From positions 29,636,001 to 29,700,000 of the forward strand of contig CM060732.1 of the NCBI GenBank assembly GCA_030704615.1: DNA of 64,000 nucleotides. The letters run 5' to 3'. The stretch is from Takakia lepidozioides (lineage: Eukaryota; Plantae; Bryophyta). The notes under the pieces were generated by a model. The model did not search any database. It was not told the origin of the DNA and saw only the letters and a list, made by a program, of their open reading frames with translations. This document shows, one piece after another, positions 35,263 through 49,075 of this stretch; positions within the stretch are counted from its first letter, which is position 1, and each line of letters starts with the position of its first letter. The translations under genes were made by a program, and so were the position numbers.

Positions 35263-36819
35263 ATGGAGGGTGGGAGAAGAATCGGGGCTGGCATGGAGCG
35301 GAGGGCGACTCCTGTTGCTGCGCCTGTGCACTCGCAAGCCCTCACCAAGACATCGGGTCCCCGCAGATTTGTGCGACAGCAAGTGCCGGATAGTATTCTG
35401 AATGATCCGGCATTGAAGGATGCTATTGCGGTGCTCCCCTCCAATTACAACTTCGAGATTCCTAAAACTGTGTGGAGGGTGAAGCAGGCTGATGCAAGGA
35501 AAGTTGCCCTCCAGTTTCCGGAGGGCCTTTTGATGTACTCTCTCACAATCTGCGACATACTGGAAACTTTTGCAGGTGTGGAGGAGTGTTTTGTGCTTGG
35601 GGATGTGACGTATGGGGCTTGCTGTGTGGACGATTTCTCTGCCGCAGCTCTTGGGGCGCAATTTCTGGTTCATTATGGGCACAGTTGCCTTGTGCCAGTT
35701 GATGTTTCTCAAATCCCTTGCCTGTATGTGTTTGTGGACATACAGATCGATGTTTCACTTTTGGTTGGAACTGTGCGACACAATTTCACGAAAGGGACGA
35801 AGCTTGCTTTGGCTGGAACGATCCAATTCTCCACGGCAATTCATGCAGCGAAGTCTCAATTGTTGAGCGATTTCCCTCAAATCTTAATTCCGCAAACAAA
35901 ACCTTTGTCTCCTGGAGAGGTGCTTGGATGCACCGCACCCTCTCTTCCTTCGGGGATCGTGGACGTGGTTGTCTTCGTTGCTGACGGGCGGTTTCATCTT
36001 GAAGCATTCATGATTGCAAACCCGAATGTGAAGGCATATCGGTACGACCCCTATGCAAGGGTCCTAATTTTGGAGGAATATGATCAAAAGGGAATGAGAG
36101 ATGCACGGAGGAAAGCCATAGAGCAAGCTCAAAGTGGAAAGCAGTGGGGGATCATCCTCGGAACTCTTGGGCGACAGGGGAACCCCAGGACTCTAACACA
36201 TCTGCAGCAACGGCTTTCATCTCGTGGGATTTCCCACACCGTTTTCCTTGTGTCTGAGCTGTCTCCTTCTAAATTGGCTCTGTTCAATAAATCTGTTGAC
36301 GTTTGGATCCAAATTGCTTGTCCCCGCCTCTCCATTGACTGGGGCGAGGCTTTTCCGGCTCCATTGTTGACCCCCTATGAGGTAGAGGTGGCGCTTGGCT
36401 TTGTGAAGCCTTGGTGGATTACCAGTGAGTGGAGAGGTGGTTATAACTTTTGTAAAGATTCCTCATCAACCAATGGACTTCTCTCCTCGTCAGAGCTGAG
36501 CACATCTACCATGCAACATAAGAAGGAAGCACTGGGTACTAAGTTGGATGATATTACGTTAAAAGCTCAAAGTATATCTCAATTGAGTGATACAGAGATT
36601 CCAGGCTTAGATGTTACTAGCAAGGACAGTGGGAAAGACGGCATTGTGTTTGGGAATGGATCTGCTTATGAACAAGGGATTGGCAAAGGGGAGCATAGAG
36701 ATGGACCAGAGGTGGCAAAAGAGATTGAGGTGGGGTCCTACCCAATGGACTACTATGCAAGAGATGGAGGTCCGTGGAATTCTACATACCAGAAGGCCCC
36801 TTTGTCCAGCATTCGGTAG
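35263..36819 (+). CDS. DPH1: Diphthamide biosynthesis protein 1, intronless
   Basis: [86 protein letters not shown]. Confidence 0.97.
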   Translation: MEGGRRIGAGMERRATPVAAPVHSQALTKTSGPRRFVRQQVPDSILNDPALKDAIAVLPSNYNFEIPKTVWRVKQADARKVALQFPEGLLMYSLTICDILETFAGVEECFVLGDVTYGACCVDDFSAAALGAQFLVHYGHSCLVPVDVSQIPCLYVFVDIQIDVSLLVGTVRHNFTKGTKLALAGTIQFSTAIHAAKSQLLSDFPQILIPQTKPLSPGEVLGCTAPSLPSGIVDVVVFVADGRFHLEAFMIANPNVKAYRYDPYARVLILEEYDQKGMRDARRKAIEQAQSGKQWGIILGTLGRQGNPRTLTHLQQRLSSRGISHTVFLVSELSPSKLALFNKSVDVWIQIACPRLSIDWGEAFPAPLLTPYEVEVALGFVKPWWITSEWRGGYNFCKDSSSTNGLLSSSELSTSTMQHKKEALGTKLDDITLKAQSISQLSDTEIPGLDVTSKDSGKDGIVFGNGSAYEQGIGKGEHRDGPEVAKEIEVGSYPMDYYARDGGPWNSTYQKAPLSSIR

Positions 36820-38274
36820 GCGAGGCTGCCCAGAGCTCTATTGGAGATGGAAGAGAGTCCCATGAAGACAACGAAACGATGGACTAAGTTTGTAGCTCTG
36901 GATTCAACTGCGAGTTGCACTTTGAGAATTAGGAGAGTGGCGAGGGGGAGGGCTGTGGGACAGTAGTACGGAGACTAGGGGGAGAGGGGGGGCAAGGGCT
37001 ATGGGATTCGTTGTGGGTGGGTGGGGGGGTGGGGTTGCTCAGCTGCACAGGGCAGTTTCAGTGGGTTCAAACCCCACCTGATGTCATGGCTTTGATGAGA
37101 GGGGTGTGCAGGTGGGCAAAACAGTGACAAAAGCAGGTGATTCTCATGTTTCGCAGGTCTGTTTTTTCTGTTTTTGGTAAATTGTTGTTTAGGTCTCGTG
37201 GGTTGTGGGGTCAAATTGGTGGTTCTGAGAACTGATGTGCCTTGCAATACTCATGCTAAAACTTCTGAATTGATGAAACTAATTGCGTTGGTTGACATGT
37301 TGTGGATGTAGTACAAGCTGTCACACGACAGTTCAAGTCTTTGTCAAGTCTTGGGATATCTGGACCAAGGAAGCACTGACAAGAATTCCCAGTAAATGCG
37401 TACATCAGCAGCATGTGTTCAATTCTTAAGGTCTGATTTGCAAAATGATCAGAAGCAACTAGCAATCCATGATGGAACTCCAGGATATTGCAAGAAGAAC
37501 AGTGTATTCTTTACTGATAGACCTTTGATACCGTTCCACGATATGTTTGTTAGGGGAGTACAGTGTCTTCAAAACAGCTGTATCCAGAAGTGTGGCTCTT
37601 CTACATTTGGTAAGGGCAGAATGCAGTGAAGGCTGTAAGTGCCTGAAAGGTTCCTGCGTATGCTGTTACTGAAATTCAATGTTTTCTTTCAAGTTATTAT
37701 AGTTTGGAATTTGTGCTGCAAGATCACTTCTACTGAATGGCCATGGGACTGCTTTGGATATTTTTTCAAAGAGGTATGGAGTAGTGTGAGAGTAATTCAT
37801 CTTTCTGGGAAGCAAGTCAAGGTTCATATTTCTGTCATGTCATAGCAATTCCTAATCTATTCTATATTGCTTGTAATAGGAGATTAGAACTCCCCGAGGT
37901 GAGGGCAACCTGAAGGCAATATCCATTTTCTGATACATTGCATTCCGCAATCTCACCAGAGTGATTGACAAATCAGTCACAGATAGTCGCTTGGTCACAA
38001 ATTAGTCACTAATTGGAGTAAGTTGATGTTTGTTTAACACATGGGCCAGAAGAGTAAAGCAAAGGAGAAAATCCCAGGTGTCCAAACTGGATCACTCAGG
38101 CAAGATTACAAAGAGCAGAAGAGTGCCTACTAATCACTTCAATTCTGCCTAACACTCCTAGAGCTAGGTAGCATACTAGTGTAGTCAACAAGCGGCTCCG
38201 CCACAAGAGGCTATGTCCTTTGGTGATTTTGTGGTTGTTGTTTTATACTTTTTCTAGGGCTTCATGAATCATTC

Positions 38275-38615
38275 CCATCAACCTTCCATAGACTAGGCTT
38301 AATGGATAAGCCTAGTTCTCTCCCTAAGGATGTATCGCCTCTATCCCTCGCGAGTCCCATCAACCCTCTAAAGACTAGGCTCTCTCTCTCTCTCCAGGCT
38401 TAATGGATAAGCCTGGTTCTCCGCCTAGGCAAGAAGTCTCCACAATGCCTCTATCCCTTGCAGGTTCTAAAGACTAGGCTCTCTCTCTCTCTCTCTCTCT
38501 CTCTCGGCTTAATGGATAAGCCTGGTTCTCTGCCTAGGCAAGCAGTCTCCACAATGCCTCTAGGGTTCTAAAGACTACTCTCTCTCCCTCTCTCTGCCTC
38601 TCTCCCTCTCCCTCT
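38275..38615 (+). repeat. Three tandem ~105-110-bp units, each starting with a hairpin and ending in (CT)n; a fourth copy lies at ~40500-40587
   Basis: GGCTTAATGGATAAGCC at 38296, 38397, 38506 and 40511. Shared CAAGAAGTCTCCACAATGCCTCTA (in three units) and TCTAAAGACTA segments. Confidence 0.85.
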
Positions 38616-41600
38616 ATAACTTTTTGGATTTCATTTGGCCCTGATATTTACTATTTGCTTCTTTCATCTAAACTGGATGAAATACATGAATAATGGTGAC
38701 CTATTCTAAAAATCCAAGAGGTAGTAATTTGTACCATCGTAAATGATGGCAGTTACTAAACCTAAGCCTATACCGTAACCCTAAGATACCTTTTTATGGG
38801 ATATCATCCATTAACAAAGTGCATCTCTTTAAAATGTGATTTTTCATCCACCCTGGATGAGAAATCGGGAAGTTGTGCCCTAAACGGGCCGACATATTTC
38901 ACAGCACAGAACTCGTGCTTCTATGATCCTTGATGATGCGCCGTGTAAACCTGCTCCCTTGCAGCTACATGGTACTCGTGATGGCTGGCTTTTGGGATGC
39001 GCATTGGCAGATAGACAGATTCCTCTCTGGTAGTCGACAATGCAGTGATCGCTCTGCTCAGAAATTTATGATTCTGTTAAATTCGCAGCGGCGCTCTTAC
39101 TCCTCGTTAGGAAGTACTCCACCCCTACTTAGCCACAGATTACATGTTGCTCTCTTTCTGTATGAGCTACTCTCTATCTGTGAACACTTCTACTTTGATT
39201 GCGTTCTGCTGGAGACATCTACTGGACGCCATGGCGCAGGGCATACCACAAACACTCAAGGTTTTTTTTTAGTGTACCCTTGCTTGGATTACGATTTGTA
39301 CATGCTTTAGAATTCAACACTGACATGGATAGCAACTGTGAAAACCTGCCACTCACCTGATGCATCCTCACTAACACACATCTCTATGTGGTGGTTTTTG
39401 GGACGGGCACAGGTGAGGGTCTTCACTTGTCTTGAATTATTGAAGCTTGCATAGTCTGATTCATGCATAAGGGATTGTTGCTACTGCCTGAAGCTGCTAA
39501 TACCAACTGTTGTTTCAAATCTGCCATCTTGCTGCCTCAAATCGGCTTCAAGTCTGCTCTAATGAGGATCACCTTCTTACTCCTTATCCCTGTTTTTGGT
39601 TCTTGATAACCACTTCTATATGTTTTGGAGTTAAGACACACAAGGGACTTCATAGAAAACAAAATCTCTGTTGAAGGCTCTGGCTGTTTTCAACAAAGGT
39701 ACATGGCTGCGGCTATAGCTCTGGCAGCATGGAAACTAAGCTCTGAAATGAAACACCATGGCCTGGCTCTGATGGATCAGAAGATAGACCTTGTGATAAC
39801 AAACATTCTTCAAGGCTCTTATATCACCACTATTTCATTGCATGATAGGGGACAATGGTTTCTGAGTTCATTTCTTTAACTAGCAGAGCTTGTTATGAGG
39901 CCCTAGAATACCACTCCAGGCCCATATCTACTTGAGGGTACTCAGCCCTATGTTTTGTTTTGTTAGAAATCTGGCTTATGACTTGGCACTGAAGCACCTT
40001 CAGACCTGGCCCCATCAGTATTTTGGTTTTCAAGAACTGCTTGCTAGTAGATGTTGTGCGCTTCCTACCTTATACTATGGCAGAGTTTTGATCTTGAAGT
40101 CCTGGAATAACTATCCAGGCTTACATATGCCTGAAAAAACTCAGCCCCGCTTCTACTTTATGAATCTTGCATGTGTCTTGGCACTGACAGATCAGTTTCA
40201 CGCCTACACAGGATGCTGTTTTAGGAAGATGAATGGCTCAAGAACTAGATTATGTAAGGCTTGACCCGTGTCAACAACAAAAAATGAATGCTTTATGTCA
40301 ACTTATGGGGCTTTCAGGATATGAATGACCAGGAATCCCGCCCTCCCACCCTGTTTTTTCAGATACCCTGAAAAGTTATAAGATGTTCAAATGAGTTGGT
40401 AAAAGGGGTTGTTAGATGATGCCCTGTAAAGGGTTGCTTTGTCTTTCAATGACAATGACCTTAGTGGTCTTGTCCATGTCTTGACATGACATGTATATCT
40501 TCTCTCTCTAGGCTTAATGGATAAGCCTAGTTCCCCGTTCTCCGCCTAGGCAAGAAGTCTCCACAATGCCTCTATCCCTTGCGGGACAGAGCCAACAAAC
40601 AACGGATGAAACCTAAAAGACGATCGTGGACAGGGAAGAACGTCTCTCTTGCTTCATGGACAACATAGGGAGTCTAGGGGTTGCATATGCACCCGCACCC
40701 TCGCGGTGCGGGTCGTTCCGCGCACTGGCATCTCTCATTGCTCAGGTCAGATGTGTTGTTCTTAACAAAACAAAATTAGTGTGTTTTCAGTTACGGCCGC
40801 GGGACCACCGTTGTTGGCATCCCGCGAACCTGCAGTATGGGGAAGGTCGTAAGTACTGCTTGTAGGGGTTGTGCCCCGGTGATCTTGTCGACTATTTCAT
40901 TTCTCCCATGAGACACTTGAAAGCGAGATTGGAGTGAGATTTCCCCATTGTGTAGCCTGCTTATCATAGCTTGGATGTATTGGTCTGCGTCTTGGTGATC
41001 GTCCTTTTGAAATTCCTTGACATACTTGAGAAGTGAGGTGTATTGTGTGTAAACAGGGCACAAAAGGTCACAAAAGGGAGTTTCAATATACAAATTGTCT
41101 GGAAACTCATTGATCGACCTTCTGGTATGTGGGAAGTCGAACCTTCTAGCGTATATCGGAAGCAAAATTGGAAAATCTTGGTAAATACATAGATACTTGA
41201 ATATACTTTGTTGAAAAAGAGTAGGCAGACCTTGAAATGGTCAGCTTCTTGAAAGGTCATGTTCTCCACATGACTAACTGCTTTTCTCTTTCTCAATTTA
41301 TGTGCTTAGTCCGATGTTGGAAACTCACATAGTAATGAATAACAACTCTTGGCACATTTGTGGAAGTTGCATATCAATCCCAGCTCACTCTTCATCTCCA
41401 GAAAATCGATGTCTGTTGAATGTCTGAGGCTCTAGGTGTAGTATTGATGCTTATTTCCATAAACTTTTTCAGGTTCATGCTGCAGTACACAGGCAGTAGG
41501 TGCCTGGAAGACTCAGGTGAGGTTCAGGGTTCCACATTTCAGACGAAGGTCTGATGAGCCCTGTCTGCAGGTATCTTCAGTGATAATCCCTGTTTTTTGA

Positions 41601-42189
41601 AGTTTTGAATCTAACCTAAATATACTCAACTCGGGATCTCATCTAGTTGGAGAGATAAACTGCTCCAAGAAGCTCAGATTACACATTGAAGCAGACAGCA
41701 AAAAACTCTACCTTTTGCGAAGCTAATGACCGCAGGAGTTGGGGATGCTAACATTTCTTGCATTGGCGTACACAGTGCATGGACCAAAACTATTTTCTGC
41801 TTCTCTCTCTTTCACTGTTGGAGATTACAGCATGTTCTAAGTGTGCATGCAGACTCCATACATAAGGCCCTATCTTCTCGTTTTGGTCCTGCAAGGGGCC
41901 TCACTCACTCAGCAGATTATGGGGCTGGGCTGTGGGGCTGAAAGCAGTATCCCACTTGTGGAGGAGCCAAGGACAGATTCCCTTGCAAGTGGTGGCTACA
42001 GAGCCTCCCAAAGCTTCAGGGATGCCAATGAAATTAGGTGATAACACGAAACATTCATGTGGGGTTTTTTGGGGGTAGCTGTGTTGTATGTGCCCTAGGA
42101 TCCAGGCTGAGCTATCCAGCAGACTGTAATCTGGTCAAAGATGCAAGAAAGCACACAGGGTAGTCAGACAAGGGCTATAATTGGTTTAT

Positions 42190-44235
42190 CTGGCATGTAG
42201 GTCAACGCTGGTTCTTTAGAGATCCTTCACAATGGTAGGACAACAGTGTTGACAAGGTGAGCTTCCTTCATGTATTCTTCAAAGATGGAGGATGTCAATT
42301 GTCATCTACAAAAAAGGTGCGCGCCATGTTACCAACCTTGATGCAGCAGTGCCTTGGCTGTTTTCGAGCCGGAAATCGACCAAAGTGTGGGGAGCTATTC
42401 CGGACTCCCCACAACCAAAGGGAATTTCCACTCAGCCCATGTAGTCAAGGGTTGTGTGGGGGAGCAAAGGGGGGACCGTTATGTCCTGGTGAGCAGCCGA
42501 AGCTCCAAATTGGCCCGGCAGCTATAAACCATTTTTTTATCATCTCTTTCCACCATAGTCTGAAGAGTGAAAATGTGGTCAGAGTCGATCGGTTGCGACG
42601 GAAGCCTACTTGCACCTTTGCGGTATCATCCCACCTGCCAGCTCCCCTATAGATGTTTGATAGCAGCACATAAGTTGCAGCATCCTGTCGATCCCATTTG
42701 AGAATAGATCGTTCTGCAACCTCCACATCGCCATGAATTCTAAGCAAAGGTTTCCACACCACAACATCCGATTTGATGAAGTCCTCCGCTCATCCAATTG
42801 CCTGCACAGCCAAGGAGGTCCTCCTTGCAGTTAAAGTGCTCCACTCAGCCATTCTCTTAGTGGCGAATAATCGCCAGATTTCGACCTCAAAAAATAAAAT
42901 CGAATATTCTGTCGCAAATCCACTGTTTTTTCATGGATGAAATCGCCAAATTTCTCCAAATACAAAATAAATTATGGATGAATTCGCCAAATATGGATGA
43001 TATAATGGATGATGGCATATAGGTGGATGAATTAAAGTGGATGAACAGAATAAATGGCTATTTCCTGCAAAACTCTGTAGCCACTCGTGCTGTTTTCCAA
43101 ATTTCTTAAAAAAAACACTGGCTCCACTGTAGGAGTGAGGCCATGATCCTGACTCAGGGAGTTCATCCACTAAGCCAAAATGGCTACATGCACAGAGAAC
43201 ACATATAAAGGTGATATTGTCTGGCTTTGCCCTTCCATTTGCATCTCTTAAAATAGTTGCAGGACCTCCCTAGGACGACCATGCTTGGCATATCCTGCGA
43301 TCATTGCATTCTGGGTCACTACATTTCGTTCAGCCATGTTGTAAACGGTCCAATTCCAGCTTTGATAATGTTGACATAGACCCTTTTCCAGGGGACAAAT
43401 GCAAACGAACGCGAGCCAGTTGGGCTTCACCCTTCCTGCACCATTTCGTCATAGGTGTCCAAGGTCCACATATCCTGCAATCATCTCACTCTGTGAGACC
43501 TCAAATACTCCTGCATTTGGCTTACATGTTCAAGAGGGCACTGCCCGGAATGATATCTGGTACAGTTCCAGCGCATGGACCTTTTCCAGGGCTGCCAGGC
43601 CCACACCTGCAAACGCAGACGAATGTAACCTTGTCCAGCTTCACCCCTTCCTGTATCATTTGGTGGTAGGTCTCCCAGGCATTCCTACCACACCTATGCT
43701 GGCCATATCCTGTGATCATTGCACTCCATGAGACCACATCTCGTTCAGTCATACTGTCACACTGTCATTGCATCCTCCATGCTCCAGTATTTGGCATACT
43801 TGCCCATGATGGTGGTGTTCCGATTATATTTGGTACAATTCCAGTTTTCATGATGTCAATATTGACCTCCTTCCCCTTTTCCCACACACACACCTTGTGA
43901 ATGCGAATGAAGGTGACCTGGTGCAGCCTTAGCCTTTCCCACATCATTTGGTGATGGGTCTCCGAGGCATTCGTACCACACCTATATTGGTAAACCCTGC
44001 CATCATTATATCAAACGTGACTAGATCTCATTCAGGCATTTTGTCGAACACTTTGTGCATCTACGACGCTCCCGCTTTTGACATACATGTAGACAAAGGG
44101 TGTTGTGAAGAAACATGTTTGGCTTGAAACCACTTCGGATACCTGCACTTATGCAATAGGCAGACATGAGTATCTGAACCTGCAAAATGCCTCCTTGGCT
44201 CAGAATTTGAAGAGCCTCTTTGAGTTGTCCCATAG
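42190..44235 (-). pseudogene. Degenerate PLS-class PPR gene with E/E+ region (RNA-editing-factor type)
   Basis: Fragments in several frames: GFKPNMFLHNTL, ERDVVSWSAMITGYGQH, ERNVVTQNAMIAGYAKHGRPREVLQLF, AATYVLLSNIYRGAGRWDD and E+-like PRHCCIKVGNMARTFFVDD. Many stops, frameshifts and insertions. Confidence 0.85.
42846..43186. mobile_element. Probable MITE inside the PPR pseudogene
   Basis: Imperfect TIRs CAGCCATTCTCTTAGTGGCGAA / TTCATCCACTAAGCCAAAATGGCTA. AT-rich interior with TCGCCARAT and TGGATGA repeats. No clean TSD. Confidence 0.45.
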
Positions 44236-45287
44236 TCTCTGAATCAGTGCTTACGATTCTATCAACTTTGATGCCACTGCTTCCAGTTGACCATTCATCA
44301 GGGAAAGGTAGCTAGTTGTGAGGTGAAGTGATAATCAACCTTGGATCAAATATGTGTAGCAATGTTGGCTTTTATGTGGTTGGGACTGTGTACTTTGATA
44401 AGCTTGGGCTGAGTGTTTTAGATGTTTGGCAGTTAAGATTATTAGCTGACAAGAAGCGTTTCTGTTTGAAAAGACATGCTACTTCAAGGTTTCGAAGTAA
44501 TGATACTTGAGAAGGTGTTTCTGCATGCAGGTTCATTGAAAATTAAGATGTGCCCTGGCAAAGAATTTCCCTCTTTTATGCCCACGGCTCGAGAATCAAT
44601 GAATTTCACCTCTTTTCTTATCGCCTGATATCGATTTCCAGATTATGAAGTTCAAGAGGTGTGAAGCTGCTGATTGCTGCAATTGACCACACAGCGATAA
44701 CGAATTGCACTCCTATTTCATCATTTATGGGTCAACTTCCACGTGCTCCACAATGAACTGATGCCCCACTCTCCTCTCTTAAGCTGCATCTGGAACTGTT
44801 GCTCTAAAACAAGTCTGCAAAGTCTTAAGAGTTTTAGAGTTTGTCAATTCCAGCATTCCGGATGACAAAACACACTTTTGCAAGGTGCAAGTTGTCTGTC
44901 AATCATTCATTAATGTGAACATCAATGCATAGACATGACAATAAAGCCATCATTCTTGCCTTCAAAGCTCCTGGGCTCAAAGAAGGCAATTAGAGGAAAT
45001 TACATTATCACTGCTTGGACATTTACCTTCAAATTGATTTTACAACTTTATTACCAACACAGACACTCTAGCATCACCAACTCTTCTCCCAAGGATGGCT
45101 AACAAGGCATACAATCAAGTAATTTAGGGGTCATCAGATCCACACTTAGTACACCTACCCCTGGTGAATACTTCAGATGCGGATACAAAAACACACTGAG
45201 GTTCCTTATTTTTGCTGTCTGACCCATCACCTGGGTAAATTGAAACTGAGGAAATGTCCAAAGAACTTCCAACGAAATCTGATAACC

Positions 45288-47122
45288 CTAGATTGGTTGG
45301 CCTTTGGGAGTGACAAGATCTTTGAGCCACATATAGATAGGAACAAGCACATAATAAATTGATGCTACAGTCCCCATGAGAAACCTGTAGACAAATAAGA
45401 GGGGGTTCGATGATCTTTTCACATCCTCTGCAATTGGTCCAAGCTGCAAACACAACAAAGCACAGGTATTGAGATAATCAAAATAAGCAATGCATTTCTT
45501 CCCAAATTCTAGTAATTGCAAAGGCAAACAAGGCAGTGTCCAATCATTGAATGCCTGCTGCAGCCTCCTTTTCCTGCAAGAAAGTTGTCTGCCAAATAAG
45601 AGGGGATATCTGCCTGAAAACCAGCTCCCAACCTCTCCCCAATTCTTTTCCTCATAATCGAATCCTTCTCTCAGTTCCACCCTTCACATCCTTGATGACC
45701 TGTTTGAATTCAGTACATACTGCAAAGATGAGAATGAAATACCTGCAATGGTGAGTCACCAGAGTCAGCCTTGATTCCAGTGACAGAGCAACCCATGATA
45801 AGACCATGCCTACGGACACCACGATACCATTTGGGCCCAATCCTCTTCAATTGGACATCCTTAAAACCAGCCTTAGAGAACCATTCGATGTACTCCTCCT
45901 CTGTAGGGAATAGCATCCACACATCTGCAAAGAATCGAGAGATCCAGAAGGTTGGATGGACAGGCCCGATAAGGCACGCCTTCCCACCCTTTTTAAGAAC
46001 TCTGTATGCTTCCTTGATGCCCCGTTGTGGCTCAGGCCAGTACTCAATGCTGCCAAAAGGTGAGAGTAAGATGGTTCAGTAAACCTTGCATTTAGTACCC
46101 CGCCAAATTTATAGGTATTGGCATGCAAACATCATTTTCTATAGACCACTTCATCCAAGGACTAGCAAGACGGGCAACCTCTTCTTACATCTTCTTCCCC
46201 GCCATGTGATTCTATGTGAGATAAGCGGTCCATTAGACAGCTGAACATTCTAAATGTTCACATTTCACTGCTGTACACACACACGCATGCACTGTTTTAC
46301 CAAACGATCAGGCATGAAGACTTTCCTACTATCGGCACACAATTTCCTTCGAGCCATATTTGTGTGGTCACCAGCTGACTAACGTAGCTTGACCCAAGTG
46401 TCCGTGCAGAATTCAATCAACTTCAACGTGGTGTTCATAGTCAAGAACTAAGTAGAGAATTTTAAAAGAATGCAATGATGGACACCGCACCTTCCAGCCG
46501 ACACATATCGATCTGCATAGTCCGTAGGAAATGGCAAGTTTTCGGCATCGCCTTCGATCATTGTGCATTGTTTCAAAGGCTCCTTCTCTTTGGCCTTCGC
46601 AAGCTGGTGAGGAGATTGATCCAGAATGGTTACGTTCTTGGCATCCACAGTCTTCACAATTCCGAGTGTTGCGAATCCGGTGCCCCCTCCTACATCTACC
46701 ACCACCAAATTGGGATCGCTCAAATCTGCTGGCTCCAACGCATCCTCTCTCATATCCTCTGTCCAGTGCCCGGGGTTTATAATATGGTCGTATATGATGG
46801 ACAAGAATCGATAGAACCAAAAGGCTTCCTGCTTGTGCTGGATGAACCGGGGCTGTGACGCAGCCCTTGAAACGCTCTGGCTTGCACCGCTCGCCCTTGC
46901 AGTCCGCACGGAGACACTAGATGCTCTTCTTGGCTGGAGCCCTGCTAATTGTGCGGGAAGAGGCCGGAAATTCATTGCCACTCTGTCCAAGGAGGATGAT
47001 GATCCTAGGCCTGCAGAGTAAGGTGAGAGAGACGAGCGTGGCATTGGAGGTGAGGCAGGAGAAGGCTTCATCCGGCATTGGAGAGCGGGACAGAGTGGTG
47101 TTGCGGGCAGCGAGGCAGCCAT
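45288..47122 (-). CDS. VTE3: MPBQ/MSBQ methyltransferase (plastoquinone/tocopherol synthesis), 3 exons: 47122-46491, 46049-45743, 45443-45288
   Basis: Transit peptide, then PRFIQHKQEAFWFYRFLSIIYDHIINPGHWTEDMR, VVDVGGGTGF, SAGS|IEYWPEPQRGI, WMLFPTEEEYIEWF, GPKWYRGVRRHGLIMGCSVTG, YYVLVPIYMWLKD. GT-AG introns keep the frame. Confidence 0.96.
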
Positions 47123-47364
47123 GGCTCCGGAGCGCGACGATCCTGCCACCACAACTACGCAATCCCTCTCCAGGATCCCCCAGCCATCAGCAACACACCG
47201 GTGATGACCAGTCGCCACGGACCGGGGGCGTGTGGGAGTGACTGGAAGTTGCAGGCGAGGTGACCGGGCGCTGTAGGTGAGGTGAAGTAAGTAGTTAGTG
47301 TGTACCGGGTGAACCCATCCCACGTGAAGCACCCGGTGGGTGGCTCATTTATAATAGTTACCGG

Positions 47365-49075
47365 TGTGGCCTGTGCCGTTGAGCAGGGACTCCACAAAAC
47401 TTCAAACCCAATTTGCCGCTTTTCATGAATTTCCAGTGACAAGATAAAGATAAAGTTTCTTTAACGTCCACTGAATTTAGTGATAGAAAGTACTTGAAAT
47501 TTGATATCTCCCACACCGCAGGTCCAAAAATTAGGAAACCACCTGGATGCACTGCTACTCATCAAAGGCTTTCCAGCGATATCAAGACCCCAGACAAAGG
47601 CCTTGCGTTTTGGGAGATCTCAACGACGCTACAAAGCAAAACAAAACAAACAAAACAAACTACCTTGCGTAATAGATAAGACTAGTGTGGCCTCTGTCGT
47701 TGAGCACATGTTGTACGATCATTTTATATTCCAGAAAGCCCATTTTGTTATTTCTAATGAATTTCTAGGGAAGATAATAGGAATAATGTAAGAACTTAAT
47801 GCACACGTGCAACCTCTGACATGATGGTACGCCGGTTTCCGGCATGTCAAATCTTCCCCACCCACTCTTGAGAGTGACATGGAAGTGAAAGAGTGTAAAC
47901 TGGAGTCGGGTGTGCACTGGGTTACACGACGAGGTGTGTACTCCACTTGGGGTTACATCGGGTTACACGACGAGGTGTGTAACTCCACTCGGGGTTACAG
48001 AGAATGGAGTGTAACTCCTCTCGATGTAACTCACACTTGGTCTCGAAATTTGACTAGGTCCAAATTTGTTTAAGTATAAAATGGACTTACCAGAGTTACA
48101 CGAGAAACCGGGGTTACAGAGGGTTACACCGATTGAAGGGTTACACTACCTGGGTTACACTAGAAGCACCTTCCATGAAGGATAAATCCCTGAACCCGGC
48201 CACCACAACTCTACCACCTTACCACCATGCTACCCACCACAGCTTGCAACCCACTTGGATTCTTAAGTATTTAATAGTGAAACCGAGGTAAGAGGGGGTG
48301 GGGAGCATTTGACAGGGGCCCCGCCGGAGGAGCCCAGGCTGCCGGCGAAAGTACTGTCAGATCACATGCGTCCATTAAGTTCTTACATTGAAATTCTAGT
48401 GACAAAACATAAGACACTCAATGAAAATCAATACCTTCCACACCAATATTCCAATTTACTATTATTTATGAATTTTCAATGATAAAAATAACTTGAAATT
48501 CAATATCTTCCACACCAATATTCTAGAGAAAACCCCAATTTACTATTATTTATGAATTTCCAAGGACAAAATTACCTGAAATTCAATATCTCTCACACCA
48601 CAGGTTTAAAAATATTATGAAACCGGCACCCCTGTTCATCAAGGATTTTCCAAAGGTATCAAGACCCTGAGCAGATGCCTCGCGGTTTGGAAATCCTCAA
48701 CAGCGCTACGAACAAAACAAAACAACGCAAACTACCAAACTTAATATATAGATGGTTTACACTAGACTTAGGATGGTTGAATGCATGCAAGGCTGCGGGC
48801 CTGTGCCGTTCAGCACATAGTCATTCTATATTGTAAAAAAAACCCAATTTGTTATTTTTCATGAATGTCTAGTGATAAAACGTACTCAAAATTCGATGTC
48901 TTCCACACCATAGGTCAAAAAATTATGAAACTGCCTCGATATACTTACCTCTACTCATCCAGGGTTTTCCAGCAGTATCAAGAACCTGAAATAAAATAAA
49001 AGAACCTGGGCACACAGGCGCATGCACGTGGTTTGAGAGATGCTACAAACAAATCAAAAACTACCAAACTGAATA
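47365..49075. repeat. Degenerate ~300-bp tandem repeat (about 4 copies) interrupted by an unrelated insertion at ~47770-48380
   Basis: Recurring GGCCT(G/C)TG(C/T)CGTT(G/C)AGCA (47368, 47689, 48798), ATATCT(T/C)CCACACC, TATCAAGA(C/A)CC and GCTAC..ACAAA blocks. Confidence 0.7.
47890..48165. repeat. Cluster of GGGTTACAC/GTGTAAC motifs, possibly the end of a MITE or DNA transposon
   Basis: About 10 GTTACA(C) motifs in both orientations, including a duplicated GGGTTACACGACGAGGTGTGTA. Confidence 0.45.

Noticed and set aside
38930-41420. ORFs of 80-126 aa (e.g. 39625-39879, 40791-41165)
   Set aside because: No recognisable domain or coherent exon chain; probably decayed sequence.
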